Shown piece after piece: positions 17,007-24,905 of a stretch of DNA of 32,000 nt. The position numbers were made by a program, and so were the translations under genes. The notes under the pieces were generated by a model that saw only the letters and a list, made by a program, of their open reading frames with translations, did not search any database and was not told the origin of the DNA. Position 1 is the first letter of the stretch, and every line of letters starts with the position of its first letter. Source of the DNA: Bacillus phage Nachito; the sequence record OP380492.1; one strand, 5' to 3'.

Positions 17007-17339
17007 ATGAATCGTGCAGACTTATTAGACAAAATGGTTGAGTTAGATGAAAGTGGAAAAATGACAAAGGCATTAGCGAATGTGGCAGTAACATTAGTAG
17101 GCAAAGCAATCGCTGCTGGCTTAGAAGCTGGAGAAAAAGTACAAATTGCGGGATTAATCACTGCTGAACCAGTAGCTCGTTCTGGACGCAAAGGATTCAA
17201 CCCACAAACAAATGAAGAGCTTGAAATTGCTCCTAAAATGGCTGTGAAAATTAAATCTGGTTCACACTTAGATAAAGCTGTGGAAGGATTAAATGTTCAA
17301 GACTTCCTTGACAAGAAGAAGAAAAAGAAAGCTGAATAA
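17007..17339 (+). CDS. HU-family DNA-binding protein (SPO1 TF1-like)
   Basis: MNRADLLDKMVE...VEIAGLI-type core AGLITAEPVARSGRKGFNPQTNEELEIAPKMAVKIKSGSHLDKAV; Lys-rich tail. Confidence 0.8.
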   Translation: MNRADLLDKMVELDESGKMTKALANVAVTLVGKAIAAGLEAGEKVQIAGLITAEPVARSGRKGFNPQTNEELEIAPKMAVKIKSGSHLDKAVEGLNVQDFLDKKKKKKAE

Positions 17340-17353
17340 TTAATTGGTTCATA

Positions 17354-17390
17354 AAAGGCACAGGGCACATTAAGCTCTGTGCCTTTTCTT
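17354..17390 (+). terminator. intrinsic terminator after HU-like gene
   Basis: AAAGGCACAG...CTGTGCCTTTTCTTG. Confidence 0.75.
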
Positions 17391-17397
17391 GTTTTCC

Positions 17398-17430
17398 AGG
17401 AGTATTTTTATGCAGTCTTCCGTTTTATTA
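17398..17430 (+). promoter_or_regulatory. middle-type promoter candidate upstream of DNA polymerase
   Basis: AGGAGTatttttatgcagtcttccGTTTTATTA, 20-nt spacing. Confidence 0.55.
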
Positions 17431-17460
17431 TGCAGAGTAAAAGAAAGGAGATTTGATTGA

Positions 17461-20109
17461 ATGTCCATTGATGAACTAAGAGATGAACCGCTATTTGGTA
17501 CAGGGAAGAAATCTGCTAAGATAATGTTTGTTGCTGATGCTCCTACTGAAGAGGAATACGCAAAAGGGAAGTATATGACAGGTAGAGCTGGAAAGCTCAT
17601 TAAGGCAGCTCTTAAACAATTAGGAGTTGACCCCAAAGAGGATTGCTACTTTACAGGCTACGTGAAATATGCTTTGGAAGATGACAGACCTCCTGTGAAA
17701 GAAGAGATTGAGGAATGTGGTCCAATATTTGAAGCAGAATTGAAGGTCATCAAGCCTGACATAATCGTACCTTTGGGGAACGTATCCCTGAAGAAGATTT
17801 ATGGTATGACTGGGATTACAAAGTACAGAGGGAAAGCGGTTGAGACGGATGATTATATCATTTTCCCAATCATTCACCCAGAGACATTGTTCACCCAGCC
17901 AAAGCATTCAAAGAACTTCGCAAAAGACCTTCAGAACTTAAAAGAGTTAGCTGAAAGAGGACGAGATGTTTTAACAAGAAAGAAAGTCGATTACAAATAT
18001 CTTGAAACGTATGAAGATGTTGAGCGAGAGGTTGAGAGATTGGAACAAGCCGAATGGAACTGTTTTGACTTGGAGACCACGAGCCTGAACCCATTTCTGA
18101 AGAATCAGAAAATTGTCTGTATCTCTTTAACAGATGGAACGCATCGTGGTGTAACGATTCCGCTTGAACATCAAGAGTTTACGTGGCCAGGAATGATACT
18201 TGATAAAATTAAAGGATTACTCAAGCGGCTACTTGAAAACAAACGAATTAAGAAAATGGCACATAATGGTAAGTTCGATATGAAGTGGTTACTTGCTAAA
18301 TATCAAATAGATGTAGCAAACTTCGCATTCGACCCAATGTTATGTCATTACCTTACAGTTTCAGAAGAACGTGGTGGACATGGTCTTAAAGATTTAGCTT
18401 GGGAACATACAGATATGGGTGGTTATGATAACGACCTTGATGAGTTCAAGAAAACTCTTCCAGAAGCGATGCAACATAACTATGATAATATCCCTTGGAA
18501 AATCTTAAGAGAATACGCCGCTGCCGATGTTGACTGTACGTTCCGACTTTACTTAACATTCAAGAAATATCTTGAAGAGAATGAAGCTTGGGACTTCGTA
18601 TTCAAAGAGATTATGTTGGAAGCTTCTTATATGCTACGAAACATCGAATCTAACGGCATACGCTTGAATCCTGAGCGGCTTGCAGAGTATGAAGAGGCAT
18701 TCCCTGCTCGGATGGCTAAAATTGAAGAGAAGCTGCGAGAGTTCCCTGAGGTTGTACAGATAGAAAGAGAGAAACATAATCTATTCAAAATCCGTCAAGA
18801 GGAAATGAAGAAACCAAAAGAGGAACGTGACAAAGAAATACTTAAGTACAACAAGTACAAGAATTTCAGTTTCAACTTTGGTTCAACCGCTCAATTAAGA
18901 GAGTTATTGTTTGATAAGTTAGGATTGGAAACACCTTTCTTGACAGATAAAGCGAAAGAACTTCAGCGAAAGGATAAGAACTTCAAGCCAAAGACTTCAG
19001 ATTTGTCTACAGGTAAAGAAACACTAGAATACTTGAAGGACAAACATCCAATCGCAAGCTTGCTGTCAGAGTGGCGAAGACTGGACAAAGTGTATGGAAC
19101 ATATATCAAGCCAGCTCGTTCATGGATTGGAGAAGACGGACTTGTACATCCAACCTTTATGTTACATGGAACAGTTACAGGACGTTTAGCATCAGAAGCA
19201 CCAAATGCTCAGAACTTCCCAAGGAAGTCAAACAATCCACATTCGTTTGAATATCAATACGGAATTAAGAAGCTGTTTGTTAGTCGCTATGGAGATGAAG
19301 GACTCATACTACAAGCCGATTACTCTCAGCTGGAACTTCGTATTGCTGCGATATTCTCTGGTGACGAACGATTAATTCAAGCGTACAGAGATGGTCACGA
19401 TTTACACATATATGCTGCTAGTATCTCTATGAAGAAACCGATAGAAGAAGTTACAGACGATGACCGTACAAAAGCAAAAGCGGTAAACTTTGGACTTATC
19501 TATGGTAAAGGTGAGTATTCACTAGCACAAGATATGAAAGTGTCTGTTGAGGAAGCGAGAGATTTCATTGATGCATACTTCACTGAGTTCTCTGGTGTGA
19601 AGAAATGGCTTGACGATACAGCCAAATTTGTTAAGAAACATAAATATGTTAAAACGCTTACAGGACGTCATAGAAGACTTCCTGGTGTTGATTCAAACAA
19701 ACGTAGTATCGTTGGAGATTGTATGAGACAGGCTGTAAATGCTCCTATCCAATCTACAGGTTCAGATATTACAGTAACATCGCTCATTAAGATTGACAAG
19801 AAGTTAAAAGAACTTGGTATGAAATCAATGATTGTTATTACAGTACACGATAGTATTGTGCTTGATGTTTATCTTCCAGAGCTTAAAGAAGTTGTGGAAA
19901 TCGTAAAAGGAATTATGGAATATCCTCACTTTGACTGGATTAATGTTCCATTAGTAGCAGATATTGAGATTGGACGCAACTATGGAGATTTAGTTGGATT
20001 GGACAAAGTGGAAGATTTAGATGAGTATGACAGCGTGTTCGACTACATTGACGCAAAATGGCAGAAGAAACACGAGAAGAACTTGAAAGACCACGCAAAG
20101 GCAAGTTAA
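17461..20109 (+). CDS. DNA polymerase I family with N-terminal uracil-DNA-glycosylase-superfamily domain (SPO1-polymerase-like)
   Basis: N-term KIMFVADAPTEEEYAKGKYMTGRAGKLIKAAL...IIHPETLF; 3'-5' exo FDLETTSLNP; Pol A ADYSQLELRIAA; Pol B KAKAVNFGLIYG; Pol C TVHDSIVLDV. Confidence 0.92.
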   Translation: MSIDELRDEPLFGTGKKSAKIMFVADAPTEEEYAKGKYMTGRAGKLIKAALKQLGVDPKEDCYFTGYVKYALEDDRPPVKEEIEECGPIFEAELKVIKPDIIVPLGNVSLKKIYGMTGITKYRGKAVETDDYIIFPIIHPETLFTQPKHSKNFAKDLQNLKELAERGRDVLTRKKVDYKYLETYEDVEREVERLEQAEWNCFDLETTSLNPFLKNQKIVCISLTDGTHRGVTIPLEHQEFTWPGMILDKIKGLLKRLLENKRIKKMAHNGKFDMKWLLAKYQIDVANFAFDPMLCHYLTVSEERGGHGLKDLAWEHTDMGGYDNDLDEFKKTLPEAMQHNYDNIPWKILREYAAADVDCTFRLYLTFKKYLEENEAWDFVFKEIMLEASYMLRNIESNGIRLNPERLAEYEEAFPARMAKIEEKLREFPEVVQIEREKHNLFKIRQEEMKKPKEERDKEILKYNKYKNFSFNFGSTAQLRELLFDKLGLETPFLTDKAKELQRKDKNFKPKTSDLSTGKETLEYLKDKHPIASLLSEWRRLDKVYGTYIKPARSWIGEDGLVHPTFMLHGTVTGRLASEAPNAQNFPRKSNNPHSFEYQYGIKKLFVSRYGDEGLILQADYSQLELRIAAIFSGDERLIQAYRDGHDLHIYAASISMKKPIEEVTDDDRTKAKAVNFGLIYGKGEYSLAQDMKVSVEEARDFIDAYFTEFSGVKKWLDDTAKFVKKHKYVKTLTGRHRRLPGVDSNKRSIVGDCMRQAVNAPIQSTGSDITVTSLIKIDKKLKELGMKSMIVITVHDSIVLDVYLPELKEVVEIVKGIMEYPHFDWINVPLVADIEIGRNYGDLVGLDKVEDLDEYDSVFDYIDAKWQKKHEKNLKDHAKAS

Positions 20110-20129
20110 TGTGAAGGAGGGGAATGTAG

Positions 20130-20300
20130 ATGATGAAGCGATATACAGCACTGGACTCATTAAAAGAGAAACGTGAAGCCTATGTTATGTACCATGAGCA
20201 ACACGACATTGAAGTAAAATGCACACCAAAGTACCGTAAATTCTGGGTTGCTCGTGGGTTTAAAGAGGTTACACACTCAAAAAGAATGAGTTTAGTTTAA
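20130..20300 (+). CDS. small hypothetical protein, 56 aa, not in supplied ORF track
   Basis: GAAGGAGGGGAATGTAG-ATG; MMKRYTALDSLKEKREAYVMYHEQHDIEVKCTPKYRKFWVARGFKEVTHSKRMSLV. Confidence 0.65.
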   Translation: MMKRYTALDSLKEKREAYVMYHEQHDIEVKCTPKYRKFWVARGFKEVTHSKRMSLV

Positions 20301-20314
20301 CATCTATGTTCCCC

Positions 20315-20347
20315 AAGAGAAAACTTTTCACATCACCCGTTTTATTA
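20315..20347 (+). promoter_or_regulatory. middle-type promoter candidate
   Basis: AAGAGAaaAcTTTTcacatcacccGTTTTATTA, 20-nt spacing. Confidence 0.6.
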
Positions 20348-20379
20348 TATGTAAGATGTAAGAGAGGAGTTGGTGACGG

Positions 20380-20892
20380 ATGCCCAAGTTTGAGATTGAG
20401 CTTGACTCACTTGACATAGAGGTAACGGTGCTAGTTGGGGACAAAGAACACCATTTCAACGCCAAAGATGAGTTATTCATTGACAAAAACGACATAAATG
20501 GCGGATATATTGACCAACCAGGGAAATACGCTTGGTGGGGAACACTTACAGAAGTAGCACGAGAGAAAATGGAGAATGCGAAAGCTGATATGGAACAAGA
20601 AGAGTTCCACGCTGACATTCGTGCTCGTGAAGAATTAGACCTTGATGGAATTAAAATAACGGAAGGACTTGTTACACGAAAAGTAAAGTGTGACAGGGAG
20701 TATAAAAAGAAACAATCCCGTTATATTAAAGCAACTAAGCAATTCAAGTTACTTGACAAGATTATGAAAGCCTTTGATAACCGTATGGAAGCTCTGATAA
20801 GTCTTGGAGCTATGGTGAGAAAAGAGAATGATAATGTTGAGTTAACGATGAAGAAAGAAATGGCTAAAAAGATTATAAAGAAAAATAATTAA
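20380..20892 (+). CDS. hypothetical protein, 170 aa, in the replication gene run
   Basis: ORF with GAGGAG SD and own promoter candidate. Confidence 0.75.
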   Translation: MPKFEIELDSLDIEVTVLVGDKEHHFNAKDELFIDKNDINGGYIDQPGKYAWWGTLTEVAREKMENAKADMEQEEFHADIRAREELDLDGIKITEGLVTRKVKCDREYKKKQSRYIKATKQFKLLDKIMKAFDNRMEALISLGAMVRKENDNVELTMKKEMAKKIIKKNN

Positions 20893-20903
20893 TTGTTGGC
20901 AAT

Positions 20904-21009
20904 AGCTTATGGCGTAAACACAGGCTCAGGGATGTGAAAACTGTTTGTCCTTCCTCCCTTTTGCGATATATAGAATACGCTCCCTGAGTCGCTGTTTGCG
21001 TCATAAGCC
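20904..21009 (+). ncRNA. structured leader RNA (29-nt imperfect hairpin) upstream of ssDNA-binding protein gene
   Basis: AGCTTATGGCGTAAACACAGGCTCAGGGA (20904-20932) versus TCCCTGAGTCGCTGTTTGCGTCATAAGCC (20981-21009): 23 Watson-Crick pairs, 3 G-U, 3 mismatches. Confidence 0.7.
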
Positions 21010-21049
21010 CACTTGTCGCAATAGTTTAAAACAGAGAGGAAGATTTATA

Positions 21050-21928
21050 ATGGCATTAGATATTGAAAAATTACGTCAGAAGTTGAAAGAAACACAAGAG
21101 AAGACTGCAAACCAAGGTGGCGACTTCGCTTGGTGGTCTCCTAAAGATGGACGAAACAAAATTCGTGTTTTACCTCCAAAGGGTGACAGAGAAGAATATT
21201 TTGCTGAAACAGCAATTCACTATAATCTTGGACCAGACAAGAACAAGCAAGTTGTTTGCCGTAAAGCTGCTGGACACGATGATTGCCCTGTATGTGAACT
21301 TCGTGAAGCTCTATTAAAATCTAAAGATGAAGATGACAAAACATTAGCAAAAGACATTCGTGCTGTGTCTAAATACTACTACAACGTGTTTGATGAAACA
21401 CTTACAAAGAAAGATGATAACTACAAAAAACCACTTATTTACGGTTCAGGTATTACGGTGTTTGAAGAAATTCTTACTGCTGTATGTGACCCAGATATTG
21501 GTGACGTTACTCACGCCGAAACAGGACGGAACATTACAATCACTCGTAAAGGTAAAGGACGTAAAACAGAGTACACTGTACAAGTCCTTCCAAACGAAGC
21601 TCCTGTTGATGATATTGAAGATTTAGATGAACAACTTCACGATATTGAAGCATTAACAAAGGCTAAAGAGTATGATGAAATCGTTAAAATTATGGAAGGC
21701 GATGAGTCAGAAGAGGAAGAGGAAGAAAAGCCGAAAAAGAAAAAGAAAGATGAGAAGAAAAAGAAAAACGTCAAAAAAGTCGAAGAGGAAGAAGATGATG
21801 ACGATGACATCGAAAATGATGATGATGACATCGATGAAGATGAAGATGACGATGACGATGAAGATGGGGAAGACCTTGATGACGTTGAAAACGAAATCGC
21901 CAACATTCTAAACAAACATAAAAAGTAA
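21050..21928 (+). CDS. T4 gp32-like ssDNA-binding protein with Zn motif and acidic tail
   Basis: FAWWSPKDGRNKIRVLPPK...YFAETAIHYNLG...VVCRKAAGHDDCPVCELRE and a C-terminal Asp/Glu tail. The track ORF begins at TTG 20945 but ATG 21050 has the SD GAGAGGAAG. Confidence 0.75.
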   Translation: MALDIEKLRQKLKETQEKTANQGGDFAWWSPKDGRNKIRVLPPKGDREEYFAETAIHYNLGPDKNKQVVCRKAAGHDDCPVCELREALLKSKDEDDKTLAKDIRAVSKYYYNVFDETLTKKDDNYKKPLIYGSGITVFEEILTAVCDPDIGDVTHAETGRNITITRKGKGRKTEYTVQVLPNEAPVDDIEDLDEQLHDIEALTKAKEYDEIVKIMEGDESEEEEEEKPKKKKKDEKKKKNVKKVEEEEDDDDDIENDDDDIDEDEDDDDDEDGEDLDDVENEIANILNKHKK

Positions 21929-21935
21929 TGTAACT

Positions 21936-21962
21936 GGGTGACGCTTGTCACCCTCTCTTTTA
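21936..21962 (+). terminator. intrinsic terminator
   Basis: GGGTGAC-gctt-GTCACCC followed by TCTCTTTT. Confidence 0.75.
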
Positions 21963-21987
21963 GCTTAAATAACAAAGGAGTGTAAAC

Positions 21988-23082
21988 ATGGTAACAAGAA
22001 AACCAATCACTAAAGACACAAAGAAAGATACTACTAAAGTCAAAAAAGAGTCCAATGCCGCTGATAAGCTACAAGATGCTGAAGATGACGATGAAGATGA
22101 CCTAATTAGTAGCATAATTGTCGATTTGAACAAGAAGGATTCTGGAGCTGCCATGACACTGGAAAATGCTACACATGCTCAAGTTAACGGTTGGATTCCT
22201 TCTGGACACCCTGACATTGATGATGCGTTAAGTGGTGGACGTGGATGGCCACTAGGACGTGTTGTTGAGTTGTATGGTCCAGAATCTAATGGTAAAACAA
22301 CTGTTGCATTACACGCTATTGCTGAGATACAAAAGATGGGCGGAATTGCTATCTTCTTAGACACTGAACACGCTCTTGATAGAAGTCGTGCGAAGACAAT
22401 TGGTGTTAACCTTAAGAAGATGATTTATGCACAGCCAGAGACAATGGAGGACGTGTTTGAATTCATTGAGGAGATTATCGGTACAATTCGTAAGAAAGAC
22501 CCAAATAGACCAGTTTTAATTGTTTGGGATTCAGTAGCCGCTACTGCTGCACGAGTTGAAGTTGAAGGTGACTACGGAGACCATAATGTGGGTGTTCACG
22601 GACGTATTATGTCTCAGGGATTCAGAAAGATTAATCCATTAATCAACAAAGAGAAGATTTGCTTCATGTGTATTAACCAAGTACGTGACAAAGTGGGCGT
22701 TACATTTGGCGAGAAGACAAGCACTCCTGGTGGACGTGCGTTGAAGTTCTATGCTTCTGTTCGTTTAGAAGTTATTAAGATTGGTCAGTACAAAGAAGGT
22801 AGTGAGGTTGCTGGAATTAAATGTATCGCAACTGCGAAGAAAAACAAAGTCGCTCCTCCATTTAAGAAAGCTGACTTTAACATCGTGTTCGACCCAATTC
22901 ACGGAGGTATTGATGGAATGGGTGCGTTACTTGATAAGGGATTTGATGCAGGAATCTTTGGAGATAGCAAAGGCTGGTATGTTATTGATGATAAGAAATA
23001 CCGTAAATCAGATGCACGTGTATTCTTGAAAGAGAATCCTGATACTGCGAAAAAATTCTATGACACTTTAAGTGCAATGTAG
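21988..23082 (+). CDS. recA: RecA recombinase
   Basis: GRVVELYGPESNGKTTVALHAIAEIQ, FLDTEHALD, VLIVWDSVAA, FMCINQVRDKVGVTFGEKTSTPGGRALKFYASVRLEV. Confidence 0.93.
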   Translation: MVTRKPITKDTKKDTTKVKKESNAADKLQDAEDDDEDDLISSIIVDLNKKDSGAAMTLENATHAQVNGWIPSGHPDIDDALSGGRGWPLGRVVELYGPESNGKTTVALHAIAEIQKMGGIAIFLDTEHALDRSRAKTIGVNLKKMIYAQPETMEDVFEFIEEIIGTIRKKDPNRPVLIVWDSVAATAARVEVEGDYGDHNVGVHGRIMSQGFRKINPLINKEKICFMCINQVRDKVGVTFGEKTSTPGGRALKFYASVRLEVIKIGQYKEGSEVAGIKCIATAKKNKVAPPFKKADFNIVFDPIHGGIDGMGALLDKGFDAGIFGDSKGWYVIDDKKYRKSDARVFLKENPDTAKKFYDTLSAM

Positions 23083-23094
23083 GAGGAATCAATA

Positions 23095-23508
23095 ATGACA
23101 AATGAAAAAGAGAATCTTGAATCAAAGGTCACTGTTACAAGTCAAGTAGGCGATACAATGCTTGAAATGGGAACAAACGTCAACCTGGTAGCTGATACAA
23201 TCACAATCAGTGCTTTCAAGAAAGCTGAAGGGTTGAAATACTATGAAGTTTTACATCTATTAGAAACACAAGGCGGTAAAATCTATCGAAACGGATGGAA
23301 TGGAAAAGGGTTGGCGGTTTACTATCAAAAAGGTTATCCAGATGGAATCGCAATCAATAAGAACACTGCTGAAGCAACAGGTTTACCTGAAGGAACTATC
23401 TGTAAATTTAATCCGTATTTAATCATCAAGACAGGCGACACATTTACACCTTGGGTGCCATCTGCGAGTGACAATTTAAGTTCGGACTGGGTTTGGGAAG
23501 CTCTATAA
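23095..23508 (+). CDS. DUF2829 / Tad2-like protein (candidate Thoeris anti-defence)
   Basis: KYYEVLHLLETQGGKIYRNGWNGKG...NPYLIIKTGDTFTPWVPSASDNLSSDWVWEAL matches the compact DUF2829 pattern. Confidence 0.7.
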   Translation: MTNEKENLESKVTVTSQVGDTMLEMGTNVNLVADTITISAFKKAEGLKYYEVLHLLETQGGKIYRNGWNGKGLAVYYQKGYPDGIAINKNTAEATGLPEGTICKFNPYLIIKTGDTFTPWVPSASDNLSSDWVWEAL

Positions 23509-23512
23509 AGAG

Positions 23513-23541
23513 AACGCCTGTGAGAACAGGCGTTTTTATTT
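23513..23541 (+). terminator. intrinsic terminator
   Basis: AACGCCTG-tgagaa-CAGGCGTT followed by TTTATTTTT. Confidence 0.85.
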
Positions 23542-23558
23542 TTGGAAGGAGAATTGAT

Positions 23559-23840
23559 ATGAGAGCGGTTATTGTTAAGGACGTATTTGAGGAACAATAT
23601 GGATTTGGATATTTGAAGGAAGAGTATGAGACAATCCCACCAAAAGCTTTGGGAATCCTACAGAAATGGGTTACAGAAGACAACTGTATTTCAGTGTTTG
23701 TTTCCCATAACACGGGTTGTTTAATCTGTACAAGTGAACGACTAGAGGATGATGTGAGAGAATCTGTTCTCAATTACAATTCTGTGGTAGACGTATATGA
23801 ATACTTATCAATCTATGGTTTCTATACAACAACAATGTAA
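23559..23840 (+). CDS. hypothetical protein, 93 aa
   Basis: ATG 23559 preceded by GGAAGGAG; track start 23493 lies within the terminator/previous gene. Confidence 0.65.
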   Translation: MRAVIVKDVFEEQYGFGYLKEEYETIPPKALGILQKWVTEDNCISVFVSHNTGCLICTSERLEDDVRESVLNYNSVVDVYEYLSIYGFYTTTM

Positions 23841-23864
23841 GGTTATGGAAAATACTATGGTCAT

Positions 23865-23897
23865 AGGAGAAAATTTTATGTGGTACTCGTTTTATTA
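23865..23897 (+). promoter_or_regulatory. middle-type promoter candidate upstream of exonuclease
   Basis: AGGAGAaaAtTTTatgtggtactcGTTTTATTA, 20-nt spacing. Confidence 0.65.
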
Positions 23898-23925
23898 GGT
23901 GTAAGAGGAAAGAGGAGGTTATAAA

Positions 23926-24888
23926 ATGATTTTAGTAATTGACGCTAACAACCTTGCTGCTCGTGCCAATCAGACTCAAGACCTGATGACGAAGCAAGGA
24001 GAAAAGACTGGCGCAATATACGGTTCACTACAAATGGTTCAGTCTTATCTAAAACCTTCAGAAGATGGATATCACAATCACATCTATGATGCGTTGTCAG
24101 AACAGCTTGGAATTGATGAAACGTTTGACCGTGTAATTTTCACTTGGGACATCTCTTCAAGTAAATTCAGAAAGAACATTTACTCAGGGTACAAGGAGAA
24201 GCGACACAAACGCAAAGCGGAAAAGACACCAGAAGAGAAAGCGGATTATGAAGCATTCAAGAATCAAATGAACACGCTTCAGAACACGCTGCCGTACTTT
24301 GGTATCAAATCTTTACAGATTCATGATTGGGAAGCTGATGACCTTATCTACACAGTTACAAAAAGCGTAGAAGAAAAATGTGTAGTAGTTTCAACTGACC
24401 AAGACATGCTTCAGTTAGTGTCGGATAGAGTCTTTGTTTGGTCTCCATACAAAGAAACACTTTACACTCCTGACAACTTTGAGGAAGAGAAAGGGATTGC
24501 TAAGTCACAGTATTTAGAAATGCGAAAGCTTGTTGGCGATTCTAGTGACGAAATTCCTGGGATTCCTGGTATTGGTGAAGTACGAGCTATGAAACTTCTA
24601 AAAGAGTTTGGAAGCATTGAAGGGATTCTGAGAGCAAAGCCGCTTCTGATTCAAAAGAAATCGTTTGCGAAGATTTTTGACAACATTGAGATTCTGGACA
24701 GAAATGACGCTCTGATGAATATGGAACGGATTCCGATGGAACACCTTGAGCCTTATGTACTAGGAGAGCTTGAGAAAGAAGAGTCCTTTGATGAAAAGAA
24801 AGTAAAAGAGTTTCTGATGCAAAAACAGATGGTAAGTATTTTGAAACAACTGAAAACTTGGTCAAAACCATTTAAAAATTTGAACTAA
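23926..24888 (+). CDS. 5'-3' exonuclease (PolA N-domain / T5 D15-like flap nuclease)
   Basis: MILVIDANNLAARA..., IHDWEADDLIYTVTK, VVVSTDQDMLQLV, GDSSDEIPGIPGIGEVRAMKLLKEFGS. Confidence 0.9.
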   Translation: MILVIDANNLAARANQTQDLMTKQGEKTGAIYGSLQMVQSYLKPSEDGYHNHIYDALSEQLGIDETFDRVIFTWDISSSKFRKNIYSGYKEKRHKRKAEKTPEEKADYEAFKNQMNTLQNTLPYFGIKSLQIHDWEADDLIYTVTKSVEEKCVVVSTDQDMLQLVSDRVFVWSPYKETLYTPDNFEEEKGIAKSQYLEMRKLVGDSSDEIPGIPGIGEVRAMKLLKEFGSIEGILRAKPLLIQKKSFAKIFDNIEILDRNDALMNMERIPMEHLEPYVLGELEKEESFDEKKVKEFLMQKQMVSILKQLKTWSKPFKNLN

Positions 24889-24905
24889 CAAAGGGGATAT
24901 GAGAT

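Noticed and set aside
21637-21975. Minus-strand poly-Ser ORF and + strand Lys/Met-rich ORF 21672-21911
   Set aside because: Frame shadows of the acidic tail of the ssDNA-binding protein.
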